A stretch of DNA of 58,011 bases from a virus (lineage: Duplodnaviria > Caudoviricetes), in the IMG/VR virus record IMGVR_UViG_3300037048_000031, positions 1 to 58,011 of that record. One strand, 5' to 3'. This document shows, piece by piece, positions 26,891-36,632 of this stretch; the first letter of the stretch is position 1; every line of letters begins with the position of its first letter. Below the pieces are notes generated by a model. That model did no database searches. It was given only the letters and a program-made list of their open reading frames with translations, and had not been told where the DNA came from. Made by a program: the position numbers and the translations under genes.

Positions 26891-29002
26891 TTATTGTCCT
26901 GTCATTCCTCCAGATTGGTATATTACAGACATGCAGCCGGATTGATATACTGCGGATGATTTTGCGTTGTTATTTTGAGTAGAACTATTCGTAACTGCCC
27001 CACTTGATATTGTTTCTAAATCATTGCCAGCCGAATCCTCTATGCCATTTCCGGGCTGAGTGTAACCCATCGTCAAAGTTTCTGAATCAAGAATGGTTCT
27101 GCTGATCGTGTAAACCAAAGAGGCAGTCCCTGTACCGGAGGCATAAGTAAGCGTTGCCGCTCCACCTGATGGAGTGATTGTAAATCCTGTGTTTATTGTA
27201 GTTACAACATTCTCACCAAACACCATTGTAAAAGTTGTTCCATTTGTGTCTACCGTTGCAGATGAAAGAGTCGGGGCTGTAATGTCCCCTGCTGCTTCAT
27301 CTCTCAACGGATGAGGGTATTTGTAAGGAGTATAATAGGCAGTTTCAGACCAAGTATCTGTGGCCGTGCATTTATAGAGTGACCCCGAAATAGGCGTTGC
27401 AGGGGTTTGACCGACCATGTTTGTTAAATCTGAGCATGATTGATTAGTAGCCCAATACCCTTGTCCGGTTGTACAAGTAGCCGGTATCGCCGCAAGCGGT
27501 CCACATCTTACACCATCATCGTCCATGCTGTAGTAATCTCTGTTCTGCTTAATATGGGCTAAATTACCATTAATCACTCTTTCATCAGTCAATGCACCAC
27601 TATAATCTTTTCTGTTCTGCCAGAAATATGATGGTAATGAAGTTTGGACAGGGCCGGGAAGGGTAGCATAAGTTGTCCAGTGCGATTCGTCAATACCCCT
27701 GCCTATTTGGTCACGGCAAGGATAACCATCGGAGATTGTATAAGTATCACCAAAATCCCAATTTTGTCCCTCTGCTAATGAACAAGTGATGGTGGTTCCA
27801 TCATTGCCTGTCGTAATACAAGACCACCCTTTTCCTGCTGTAGTATTTGTGATGGTAGCCCCGACTCTTATTGATGAAGCGGGAGTGAAAATATCAGGCA
27901 CCCAACTTTTGGAACTATCTATAAGCGTTGCACTATCATCTGCCCCTGTGTGGGTGTCCGAACCGGTAAGGACATCCCCATAGTAATCTGCGTTATCTAT
28001 AGGGAGATTCCCGTCCCACCCAGAAGAACCGTTACAAGCTCCTACCGTTGGTTTTGTGACTGTTGACCTGTCGTTTTTTAGTTGGATGTAATATGCAAAA
28101 TCAGAGTCCATGCTGTTGAAAAAAGCTACGCTAACGCCTGCCCCCATAAATATAGGAGTAACTCCAGAATAACTACCATAATTAAATCTATTCCCGTAAA
28201 TCTCCCACATTCTTGTTGTGCGTTCAGGATTTTGAAGGCTGTGTGACATAGTTCCTGTGCTATCCAAAGTATTATATCGGAGGACATACCCACCTGCCCT
28301 ATTAGAATCAGCAGCCATCATTGTTGTCGTTGTTAGGTCATTTATGTAATGATTATCCTCAATATATACATGGTCTATTGTGCCAAGCCCGGGGTCGGCA
28401 TACCAAGTTCCAGATTCAAGTGTAAATGTCCTTGGAGCAGTTGAAACAACATACCCACGCTTAAATGTGTTGTTGTCTATAAGCCCAGTTGGAACGACTC
28501 CTTCCGCAGTACTTGTAGCTTGGATATGTTGTGTGCCGGTATTCGTTGCATGGTCTGATTCAAAATAGTTATTGTCAATTCGCCATCCTGTTCCTTTCGC
28601 AGAAATAGACCTATATGCTGGTGGAGTACCACCGGTAGTAAAAAACTTAAATCCGCTTATTCTTGCGCCTGGAGATTCAAGTGTCCCCCTGTAGTCTTCA
28701 ATTGTAATTACATAATCACCGCTAACAGTAACAGTTAAATTTGCACTCCCTGGCCCAATAAGATTGATCGGCTTATTACCAGGGATGACTACAGCACCAG
28801 CCCCCCACGTAGCCGCACCATCACCAGCTATGACATTTATCGTATCACCTGCACTTGCAGCCGTTATGCACTCATTAACATCGGCAGATTCATTGCCATC
28901 CGTTGTCCATACGCCTCCGCCATTATCGGTACAAGCCGCATAAGCGTTTGCCGCAAAGAGAAGGATAATCAGCACAATATATATTCGTTTTAAAATCCCC
29001 AT
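26891..29002 (-). CDS. 703-aa signal-peptide protein with a beta-helix (pectin-lyase-like) region and a C-terminal Ig-like domain
   Basis: MGILKRIYIVLIILLFAANAYA signal; IDNN/IEDN/LRYN/IYGN repeats; YTPYKYPHPL; DITAPTLSSA...DSAGNDL. Confidence 0.7.
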   Translation of the reverse strand: MGILKRIYIVLIILLFAANAYAACTDNGGGVWTTDGNESADVNECITAASAGDTINVIAGDGAATWGAGAVVIPGNKPINLIGPGSANLTVTVSGDYVITIEDYRGTLESPGARISGFKFFTTGGTPPAYRSISAKGTGWRIDNNYFESDHATNTGTQHIQATSTAEGVVPTGLIDNNTFKRGYVVSTAPRTFTLESGTWYADPGLGTIDHVYIEDNHYINDLTTTTMMAADSNRAGGYVLRYNTLDSTGTMSHSLQNPERTTRMWEIYGNRFNYGSYSGVTPIFMGAGVSVAFFNSMDSDFAYYIQLKNDRSTVTKPTVGACNGSSGWDGNLPIDNADYYGDVLTGSDTHTGADDSATLIDSSKSWVPDIFTPASSIRVGATITNTTAGKGWSCITTGNDGTTITCSLAEGQNWDFGDTYTISDGYPCRDQIGRGIDESHWTTYATLPGPVQTSLPSYFWQNRKDYSGALTDERVINGNLAHIKQNRDYYSMDDDGVRCGPLAAIPATCTTGQGYWATNQSCSDLTNMVGQTPATPISGSLYKCTATDTWSETAYYTPYKYPHPLRDEAAGDITAPTLSSATVDTNGTTFTMVFGENVVTTINTGFTITPSGGAATLTYASGTGTASLVYTISRTILDSETLTMGYTQPGNGIEDSAGNDLETISSGAVTNSSTQNNNAKSSAVYQSGCMSVIYQSGGMTGQ

Positions 29003-29919
29003 GCTCCACCACCTCCGCCAGAAGCCGCTGCACCTTGCGTATAAACACCAGCATCTTTTTTTACAAAGTAAGTTCCTGTAGCCACCTTAGCTGCCGTATT
29101 GGCTCCGGTAATGGCCGTTCCGCCCACATCGCTTCCCAGCCCTGCGGAATAATATACATCTCCGTACCTGATATATTTTGTATTATTGGCAGGAGTGTAT
29201 GTAATTCTTCCACTTGCGCCTGCCGCAGTAGCAGTATTCACAATATTGCCAGTGATTGTAACTGCGCCAGTCCCAAGGGCTCTTATGCCATCTGAACCAG
29301 CAGTTGAACCGCCAGTGACCGTACCTGTAACACTGGCCGTTCCTACGCTAATAGAATAAAGTCCATAAGAAGCAGCTCCAGTCACATTATTAAGTAAAGC
29401 TGTTCCAGACGAACCTTGATAAACTCCAGCCGCATTTGAAACACTACTGCCGCCTGTGGCTGTGCCAGACAACGAAATAGCATTTCCATTTCCACAGTTA
29501 ATTCCATAAGTGTTTGCTCCAGAACCGCCTGTCGAATTTCCAACAACAGTTACATTCCCTGTGCTATTTACCGGCACTAAGCACGCTGACCCCCCGGCAA
29601 CAATATTCGCTGTGATTGTAACCGGCGTTGAGATTACCGTGTTGAAAGTTCCGGTTGCGGTTCCTGGTGCTGGCCCCGCCTCTGTCGATATTTTAGCCGC
29701 TGAAAAACTGGTGTTGATTGTCACCGTGAAAGAGTTAGCATAAAGGTCATGCGTTCCAGCAAGAGCCGTTGCTCCGGTTACACCAGACCCGCCAGTAGGA
29801 GCATCAAACCACACATCATCTGCATTGATATTTCCAGATTTTTGAGCATAATAACTGGCCGCAAAAGCCGGACTCGCCAGCATCAAAACTATTAAGATTG
29901 AAAGCAGTATTCTTTTCAT
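28990..29919 (-). CDS. Signal-peptide Gly/Thr-rich beta-solenoid protein
   Basis: MKRILLSILIVLMLASPAFA signal; repeated G-x-x-TGG...YG motifs. Confidence 0.65.
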   Translation of the reverse strand: MKRILLSILIVLMLASPAFAASYYAQKSGNINADDVWFDAPTGGSGVTGATALAGTHDLYANSFTVTINTSFSAAKISTEAGPAPGTATGTFNTVISTPVTITANIVAGGSACLVPVNSTGNVTVVGNSTGGSGANTYGINCGNGNAISLSGTATGGSSVSNAAGVYQGSSGTALLNNVTGAASYGLYSISVGTASVTGTVTGGSTAGSDGIRALGTGAVTITGNIVNTATAAGASGRITYTPANNTKYIRYGDVYYSAGLGSDVGGTAITGANTAAKVATGTYFVKKDAGVYTQGAAASGGGGGAWGF

Positions 29920-29928
29920 ATTACCTCC

Positions 29929-30819
29929 TTAAGGTGCAACCGCTGTCCATGTGCCGGAAATTGACCCGCATACCCAAGAATAAGAAGCCGCCCCTGTCTG
30001 GAAAGTAGCGCAGGACATCCGAGAGCCCACTTCCTGATTGTTACACTTTATTCCAGCTCTGCCAGCCGTGAGCGTTCCGCTTATATCTGTGTATATCGTT
30101 TCTGCTCCGTTGCCATCGAATATCCAGTCTTGAGCCACTTTGGTTCCCACAATCGCAACGAAGGTTAGTCCTTCTGCTGCTGCTGGAAGCGTGAGAGTAG
30201 CGGCTGCGGCCTGTCCGTAGTTATTTACAAAACCCCTGCTTAATTGTGCGGCTGTCAGATTGTCTGTAGATGGTTCAACTGATTCGTTAAAAGTTATGGG
30301 GGTAAGGGCAATGGATTCTATCAGCCACACCCCGTCTTCATCTATAATCCCGATATAATTCGCACCGTCATAAATCACCCAGTAGTTAGCTGTTCCGGCG
30401 TAGTTAATCGGGTCCCATCCGAGATCCTCGTTGTCGGCATAGTACCAAGTACCGGCTACGGGTGAGGCAGGGGCCTCGGTTAAGGGTGTGAAAGCCATTG
30501 ATGGAAGTGTGTGTGTACCTGTGAAGGTCTCATTGGCTGTGGTTGCATAAAGACCATCAAAGTAAGTTTTCAGAAACGCTTTAACCGAAGTCCAAGTAGT
30601 ACGAATCAGATTAAAGGAATCCGCTGAATCCTGCCCGGTTACTTCGTCTGCATTGACCAGGTTAGCTTTTTCGGTTGCAGCGTGGTTTATGGCGGAGACT
30701 GCCGACTCGGTGACAGTGCCACCCTCCTTGACCCCATTAATTATAGTCTCGCTGTTTGCAGAAGGAGCCGTTATAAGGCAAGCCAGCCCAATTAAAACAA
30801 TAATGAATGTCTTTTTCAT
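29929..30819 (-). CDS. Signal-peptide fibre-like protein
   Basis: MKKTFIIVLIGLACLITAPSANS signal; C-terminal TLTLPAAAEGLTF fibre-like motif. Confidence 0.6.
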   Translation of the reverse strand: MKKTFIIVLIGLACLITAPSANSETIINGVKEGGTVTESAVSAINHAATEKANLVNADEVTGQDSADSFNLIRTTWTSVKAFLKTYFDGLYATTANETFTGTHTLPSMAFTPLTEAPASPVAGTWYYADNEDLGWDPINYAGTANYWVIYDGANYIGIIDEDGVWLIESIALTPITFNESVEPSTDNLTAAQLSRGFVNNYGQAAAATLTLPAAAEGLTFVAIVGTKVAQDWIFDGNGAETIYTDISGTLTAGRAGIKCNNQEVGSRMSCATFQTGAASYSWVCGSISGTWTAVAP

Positions 30820-30831
30820 AGTCGTTTTCCC

Positions 30832-31176
30832 CTAAAAAGTTTTATAGACTATTTCAAGTCCATAGGTCTTGGTGCCGGCATTGGCCCAGGCGATATCGAG
30901 TTCATCATCCTCTGAAAACAGCATCGGAGTATCCGGGCTCCATGTAAGATCGGTTACGGCCGTCATGTCTTGCGTGAGCAAATTATGGTCATAAGCAGCA
31001 CCGACGCCGTTATCAATTATGGCCGTCAAATTGCCAGCTCCACCAGCGGCGGAAAGATGTACCCGGATACTTTCAAGCTCCCATGGACGCCCAGGGGCTA
31101 TTGTCTTGGCGATAGCTGCCGCGCCGGTTGCCCTGTCGATATTATATATTGATTCTGTTGTTCTGATTTGAGTCAT
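30832..31176 (-). CDS. Small virion structural protein
   Basis: Strong GGAGG SD; beta-rich; within the head module. Confidence 0.55.
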   Translation of the reverse strand: MTQIRTTESIYNIDRATGAAAIAKTIAPGRPWELESIRVHLSAAGGAGNLTAIIDNGVGAAYDHNLLTQDMTAVTDLTWSPDTPMLFSEDDELDIAWANAGTKTYGLEIVYKTF

Positions 31177-31191
31177 GGCAATATTACCTCC

Positions 31192-32697
31192 TTATGTGCC
31201 AATCAATATCATGCGGACCGAAGAGAGCCCTGAAAGATCTATGCCGTCCGCGACTTCCAGCGGTTGAAGATTCTGAATATCTGACACAACCCCCCATATT
31301 CCCGCCCCTGTTCCGGTAAGGTCTGACTTAAGACCGATTACAGTTCCTGCAGCCGGGGCTCCCGCGCCTCTTGTCCCGGGGTTGTACCAATCAATAACCG
31401 CTTCGCCCGCAGCCGGAGTACCAGCGTAATTGATTAGAACCTGAGTTGTTCCGCCATTGACCGGTAATTGTCCGGTATAACCCCATATGAGGATAGGATA
31501 ATCGAATGTATTCGTGTAAGGATCTCCGCCGGCCTTTGTTGCTGCCTCATTATCGAACACCCTGTCCGCAAGAAAACCGGATGCAGGCTTTTTGATATAG
31601 GTGAACTTCGCGACCTTTGCGTTTTCGTCGGCATGAGTGGCCTTGATGTTGGTTAATGTCTGGTTCATGTAAATTGCCACTTCTCCGGAAGCAGCGGTAT
31701 CGTCTTCATCGATAATCACTAGGGCTTTTGCTGTCGCCGAAGTCCTATCCGCATACATAACGGCAACGGCCGCATTAGCAAGAGAAGAGGTTGCTCCGCT
31801 TGCAAGAGTTACTGATTCATCCTGTACCAGGTTTTCCCATACTTCTTTCCATGCCTGGGTAACATAAGTTACATAAACCGGCTCTGTGATGTCATAGATT
31901 TTAATATCGTCGAGAACGAAACGCCCTGTATCGGAAGGTGCCAGCGAAAGGCCGTCTGTCGTCGTGGCGGTAATTTCCCAGGTATATGTGCCTGTCGTGT
32001 CTGCTGTGGTAGCCGCGCCAGCGGTGCCTCCGAGTGTCGGAGTGATGGTTCCGATAACCTCTGCCTCTGCTCCCTGTTTGGCCAGAGAGAGGCTTAATCT
32101 GTACGTTCTCCCAATAACAGCGGCAAAGTTGTCATGCGTAAGCGCATTTACTCCGCCCGCGTCTTTTTCGAGGTTGTTTGTGCCGTAGGTCCAGGGCGTT
32201 GCGTTAAACGTCCAGTTTGTTGTTCCGCCGGTAAACGCCCCGTCTCCTGCTAATCGATCATAGTCCTTGACTCGGATCTGCGTCCTGCTCCCTTCTTCCA
32301 TCTGTGAGACAAGGCAACATTCATCATCGGAGAGAGACGCGATTGCTATTCCTGTAGATCTGAATTTCTTGTTGTTTTCCGACCGCGCGATATTCATAAT
32401 GAACGCCGCCGGGTATCTCAATGCCACCACGTCGCTTGACGGCGTGAGCTTTTCCTCTTTAACAATCGGGGGAGCGGGGGCAAAGACCCTGATTTTGTTA
32501 TTTGTATAATCGTACTGCAAAGAATAGCCCTTAGCGGCTTCTAAAATAACCGCCTCGACCGCATGAATCCCGAAAAGCTGATCTGTATTTACACTTTCCC
32601 CGCCGAAAGGGTAGGAGCTGTCAAGCGCGATATCCGCAATAACAAGGGCCTTGTCCCCTACGACGGAGAAAGTTTTAGAGTTTACTGTAAGCGCCAT
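31192..32697 (-). CDS. Capsid decoration-like protein with a large internal insertion
   Basis: N-terminal DSSYPFGGE...YDYTNNKIRVF and C-terminal EVADGIDLS.L..VRMILIG flank about 400 aa of inserted domains. Confidence 0.55.
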   Translation of the reverse strand: MALTVNSKTFSVVGDKALVIADIALDSSYPFGGESVNTDQLFGIHAVEAVILEAAKGYSLQYDYTNNKIRVFAPAPPIVKEEKLTPSSDVVALRYPAAFIMNIARSENNKKFRSTGIAIASLSDDECCLVSQMEEGSRTQIRVKDYDRLAGDGAFTGGTTNWTFNATPWTYGTNNLEKDAGGVNALTHDNFAAVIGRTYRLSLSLAKQGAEAEVIGTITPTLGGTAGAATTADTTGTYTWEITATTTDGLSLAPSDTGRFVLDDIKIYDITEPVYVTYVTQAWKEVWENLVQDESVTLASGATSSLANAAVAVMYADRTSATAKALVIIDEDDTAASGEVAIYMNQTLTNIKATHADENAKVAKFTYIKKPASGFLADRVFDNEAATKAGGDPYTNTFDYPILIWGYTGQLPVNGGTTQVLINYAGTPAAGEAVIDWYNPGTRGAGAPAAGTVIGLKSDLTGTGAGIWGVVSDIQNLQPLEVADGIDLSGLSSVRMILIGT

Positions 32698-32730
32698 CTT
32701 ACACCGCCTTTTTTTAGTTATGCGTTTTGG

Positions 32731-32994
32731 TTATGCGCCAAAAGCCATCCAATAGCCGTCGGTATCCGATGTAACTATGATCGTTACCGCCGATCCGTCG
32801 CATGGAAGGGTTTCGTCAACGGTCGGGGCGTCTGCAACGATTGCGCCGCCCTTTGCGGTCAACGAAATATGTTCACAATGATGAAGCCCGGTATTGATAT
32901 TCCCTCCCGTCTCGCCGCCACCGTCCCAGGTGCCATAGGTAACTCGCTTGTCACCGAATACGGTTTCGCCTGTCTTGGTTGCTGAAAATGCCAT
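32731..32994 (-). CDS. Small virion/decoration protein
   Basis: VFGDKRVTYG resembles the N-terminus of the 501-aa protein; strong SD. Confidence 0.55.
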   Translation of the reverse strand: MAFSATKTGETVFGDKRVTYGTWDGGGETGGNINTGLHHCEHISLTAKGGAIVADAPTVDETLPCDGSAVTIIVTSDTDGYWMAFGA

Positions 32995-33054
32995 GATTAT
33001 ATCCTCCGTAGGTAGGCAGGGGCTTCCCCCTGCCCTTTATGTGTTGACTGTTGG

Positions 33055-33780
33055 TTAATAACGACCCAGGAATATCGGGTTGTATTTTGCCGTTACGTTC
33101 GCAAAGCCTATCGTGTTACCGATGAACGGCGAGGTGTAGCCGGCCGATGTTTCAAGCGCTCCCGCCGTTGCTGACAGGTTGATGTTAGATCCCAGAGCAG
33201 TGTTGGCCTGGTTAAGCACGCAACCGACGCCGCCAGTTTGAAGCCAGCAATAATACAGGGTTGTTACGGCAATCACAGCTATACCGGCGAAGCCGTTTGC
33301 AAGCGCCGTTGTGTTGGAAACCACGCTCCACGGGTTCGGAATAAGCGCGAAAGAATCCGTCGCTATAACCGCCGCCCTGACAGGTTCCGCAAGATTCAGA
33401 GATACAGCTTCAGACCCGGCGGCGCTTACTCCGTGAGACGAGATCATCATCTGCTGGCCAACTGCTGCCGCTGCGCCGTCATATATCTGCAAATATCCGT
33501 CATCATACTGATTTGCTGTGAGGGCTGTTGCTCCGATAAGGACATTGACCGACATATCGCCGACCGCCATAGTGTAGCCTGTATTCGCCTGTTTGATATG
33601 GTTTGCAATCGCTGGTGCCATAATACAGGCTTTGCCTGCGGCCAGTGCTCCGCTCGCTCTTGCATACCGGAAAGATCTGCCGTCTGCCGTAAATCTCAAC
33701 GCCCCAAGAGTTTCCTTCTTGGTTGCTGATTGTTCGTAAAGGCCCTGATTCCAGCCCTGTGTTTTAAAAGGATTAGCCAT
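33055..33780 (-). CDS. Capsid cement/decoration protein
   Basis: Follows the MCP; LGALRFTADGRSFRYARA...YCWLQTGG. Confidence 0.6.
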   Translation of the reverse strand: MANPFKTQGWNQGLYEQSATKKETLGALRFTADGRSFRYARASGALAAGKACIMAPAIANHIKQANTGYTMAVGDMSVNVLIGATALTANQYDDGYLQIYDGAAAAVGQQMMISSHGVSAAGSEAVSLNLAEPVRAAVIATDSFALIPNPWSVVSNTTALANGFAGIAVIAVTTLYYCWLQTGGVGCVLNQANTALGSNINLSATAGALETSAGYTSPFIGNTIGFANVTAKYNPIFLGRY

Positions 33781-33858
33781 TGTCTTTTTCTCCTATGTTA
33801 AGGTTTAGCCAGGGAGTTGCCCCGGCTATAAGTGTATAAAATTAAAAACGAAAGCCGT

Positions 33859-34833
33859 TTAGCTCAAATTGCTATGGGACTTGTGAGCCTTTCTGTTTGA
33901 GCAGATCAGGTTCCCATCGAAAAAGATCTTGAGCGTTTTTGCCGGTGTACCGGAAGGAAGCAGATCCCCCCAGGGTGTTCTTGCAAAATATCCCTGTTCG
34001 TGGATAGCCCAACCAATGTACTGGCTATTCAGGACAAAGAGATATCCTGACGGGCAATAATCGTCTGCAGCGATCAGCATTTCCTCGAATACAAGGTGCG
34101 TGAATCCGGCTTTTACTGAGGTGTCCTTGGTAAATCTCTGCTGGACCTGTAAGATGCCAGAAACGATATTGAACAGCGCCTCGGTTGTGAGGCCGATATC
34201 GGGTTTTCCTCCGGGGCCGTCGCTGATCTTTGCGCCGGATCGTAGGGTCCGGATAACCGATAGCGCTATCGCCTCGGTCGTGGTTGTGTTTTCTGCCGAC
34301 CAGGGCTTTGTCCCGTCTGCAGCAACAAGGTCGTTCTCGGCTATTCCGCCGTATGCTGTGGCCGCTGCCCCATAACAGAGGGACCTCAAGCCGGTAATTT
34401 CGAGGGCGCCGTCGCCTGCGGCCGAATAGATCTGCTGTGCGATTTTCTTCCGGGCGGTTTTCTGTGCTCCTTCGAGTTTCGCCTGGACTAACTGAACCTC
34501 GGCATAGGCCCCGGCGTTTTCCAGTTCGTCAAGCCTGTGGACGGTTGCATTGCCGTAAACATGCTTCCATTGAAAAAACGCGGAGTTGAGAGATTCTTTG
34601 TCGTCGGAAGAAAGGGTTGATGCCTTTGAATAGAACCCGCCTTCCTGCCCGTCGTAAGACAGGTTTACGCGGATCTTCTTCCCGCCGTTCGGTCTTTCCC
34701 ATAGACCTTTTTTGTTGTTCATGAACAGGTCCATGAAAAAGCTGTCGTTAAAATAAATGTCGATCGCTTTCCGATTGTCAGCAATAAAGTAATCAGCGGT
34801 TATTGCTTCCATTTCTGTATAAGTAAGTGCCAT
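33859..34833 (-). CDS. Major capsid protein (HK97-fold)
   Basis: 324 aa after the scaffold; GGKKI, ITGL, DDYCPSGYLFVLN, GNLICSNR...H pattern of P22/SU10-like MCPs. Confidence 0.85.
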   Translation of the reverse strand: MALTYTEMEAITADYFIADNRKAIDIYFNDSFFMDLFMNNKKGLWERPNGGKKIRVNLSYDGQEGGFYSKASTLSSDDKESLNSAFFQWKHVYGNATVHRLDELENAGAYAEVQLVQAKLEGAQKTARKKIAQQIYSAAGDGALEITGLRSLCYGAAATAYGGIAENDLVAADGTKPWSAENTTTTEAIALSVIRTLRSGAKISDGPGGKPDIGLTTEALFNIVSGILQVQQRFTKDTSVKAGFTHLVFEEMLIAADDYCPSGYLFVLNSQYIGWAIHEQGYFARTPWGDLLPSGTPAKTLKIFFDGNLICSNRKAHKSHSNLS

Positions 34834-34866
34834 TTCAAGATCTCCTTTTTGGAATCATGGAGGCCG

Positions 34867-35772
34867 TTACTGCGGATTTTGGCGCATCTGGCTTAACTTG
34901 TTTGCCATAATCCGCGTAAACCCCCCGAATTGTTTTGTGTTTTGTAATGAAGCGTCCGGAGTGATCCCAGGAGCAACACCGGGTCCATCGGTTAAAACCG
35001 TGGCGTTCCGCTTTGCCTGGAAGTTTTTAGTTACCCGCGCTTCGGTTTCTTTAATTGCCTTTGCGACGGCATCATCCACGGCCGCCTTTACCCTTGTCGC
35101 TTCCGTCAGCTCTTTATGGGCAGAAATCGCGTTGTGGCCTGGGTGAGCTTTCATGTATGTTTCCAGCTCTCCGGAATCCCACATCTTTTTGAAATCCGGG
35201 TTTGCCTTTTCATAATCGCTGAAAGTTTTGTCCATTCCCTCAACGGTTGCCTTTTTTATGGCTTCCTGCTCCAAGAGTTGTTTGCTCTCATAATGAAATT
35301 GAGCAAATCTGTTGGCCTCATAGCCAACCGGATCTTCCTCCATCCATTCCCTTAACTCTTCCGGTGACATCTTGGTAATGTCCTTGAACGGGAGTTCGGT
35401 GGCTGGCTTCTCGGCTTCGGCTTTCGCGGGAGCTGCCGGCATAGTCGTAAGCGCTTCAAGTTTCGCTTCCGCCCTTATCCTGGCCTCTCGCTCTTGGTCT
35501 CGTTCGCCGATAATTTCTTTAAAGCGGGGGATCTTATCGTACCTTTCGGTATCGTCTCCGCCTTGTTCGGGGTCGTTCGCCCCGACCGGTTTTGCGTCCG
35601 CTGCTGGCTTAACTGGTGATTGATCTACTGTTGATACAATCGCTGCGTTTGCATCCGGACTTGACATCAACGAAACCGGAATAGACGATATTCCGGCCCT
35701 GTCCGCGTCCACTATGGGAGCAGTTTCAGGGGTTCCTTTAGCGTCGTCTGTTTTCGTTTCTTCTGGTAACAT
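34867..35772 (-). CDS. Capsid scaffolding protein
   Basis: Acidic and Pro-rich N-terminus, PRFKEIIGER coiled coil; immediately upstream of the MCP. Confidence 0.75.
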   Translation of the reverse strand: MLPEETKTDDAKGTPETAPIVDADRAGISSIPVSLMSSPDANAAIVSTVDQSPVKPAADAKPVGANDPEQGGDDTERYDKIPRFKEIIGERDQEREARIRAEAKLEALTTMPAAPAKAEAEKPATELPFKDITKMSPEELREWMEEDPVGYEANRFAQFHYESKQLLEQEAIKKATVEGMDKTFSDYEKANPDFKKMWDSGELETYMKAHPGHNAISAHKELTEATRVKAAVDDAVAKAIKETEARVTKNFQAKRNATVLTDGPGVAPGITPDASLQNTKQFGGFTRIMANKLSQMRQNPQ

Positions 35773-35798
35773 TTGTTTTTTCTCCTTTATTGGTTGAA

Positions 35799-35850
35799 TA
35801 AAAAAAGGCCCGGTTAAATCAGATGTTTATTTTCTGACTCAACGGGGCCT
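35799..35850 (-). terminator. Long hairpin with U-tract upstream of the scaffold gene
   Basis: Minus strand AAGGCCCCGTTGAGTCAGA...TCTGATTTAACCGGGCCTTTTTTT. Confidence 0.6.
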
Positions 35851-35917
35851 TGGTGTGTGGCGCGGTTGACTTGCCTTCCTATGCGTCTTTCGAGGGATAG
35901 GGGCAGTTATTTATGGG

Positions 35918-36010
35918 CTATTTTTGTTCCACCAATTCCTCCAACAACCTTACAATCATTTTAAAGCCCCTTATCAACACTCTGCATATTTGTTTTGCGT
36001 CTTCACTCAT
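35918..36010 (-). CDS. 30-aa peptide (not in the ORF track)
   Basis: MSEDAKQICRVLIRGFKMIVRLLEELVEQK*; TAATG overlap with the upstream stop codon. Confidence 0.45.
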   Translation of the reverse strand: MSEDAKQICRVLIRGFKMIVRLLEELVEQK

Positions 36011-36420
36011 TATCTGATTTCTATCGCCTCTCGCTCTCGGTGCTTTTTATACAGATCATTAGTGATTGCTTTGGAATCAGGCCCCTCTGGCCTCCGGTAT
36101 CTTGGCGGGGCTCCGCCCTCATTCTCTGCATATCTGAGCCCCTCTGCCTTAAGGTATCTCTTAAGGTTTGATCTGGTCGGATTCTTTGCCAGATCTCTTG
36201 CGTGCGGTCTTGGATCTCTGGCGGCTGACTCTTTATCGAGCAAGGCTTCCGCTGATTGTCTGACATGAAGGGCGTCCTCATTTGCTATATTAACCCCGCC
36301 CATGCTTATGATCCTCTTCGAGTTCTTTCCGCATGTCGGGCAGCTCGTCCAGGTGTCATTTATTCGTTCTATCGACTCGAAGACTCCGCATTTTTTACAT
36401 TCGTAATCATAAATAGGCAT
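36010..36420 (-). CDS. FmdB-family zinc-ribbon protein
   Basis: MPIYDYECKKCG...CPTCG...RIIS. Confidence 0.85.
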   Translation of the reverse strand: MPIYDYECKKCGVFESIERINDTWTSCPTCGKNSKRIISMGGVNIANEDALHVRQSAEALLDKESAARDPRPHARDLAKNPTRSNLKRYLKAEGLRYAENEGGAPPRYRRPEGPDSKAITNDLYKKHREREAIEIR

Positions 36421-36615
36421 TTACTGTGCCTCTCCCATGGCGTTAAGTGCTTTGAGGGCTTCTACCAGGTGCATCTTTGCCGTGTCGATCGGGCTCCCCT
36501 CTGGCGGAGCTTCCTGGGCCGGTGCTGCTGCCTGTACTGGCGGTCCACCTCTCATTGCTGAAAGTTTTGCCTGCATAGCGCTTGTCGCGCCCGGATTCTG
36601 TGTCGGTATTGCCAT
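36421..36615 (-). CDS. Hypothetical protein
   Basis: GGAG SD; tight gene packing. Confidence 0.6.
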   Translation of the reverse strand: MAIPTQNPGATSAMQAKLSAMRGGPPVQAAAPAQEAPPEGSPIDTAKMHLVEALKALNAMGEAQ

Positions 36616-36632
36616 TTTAATCTCCTTTTACA

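Noticed and set aside
20705-30819. Diversity-generating retroelement or invertible fibre cassette
   Set aside because: No reverse transcriptase, template/variable repeat pair or invertase was seen.
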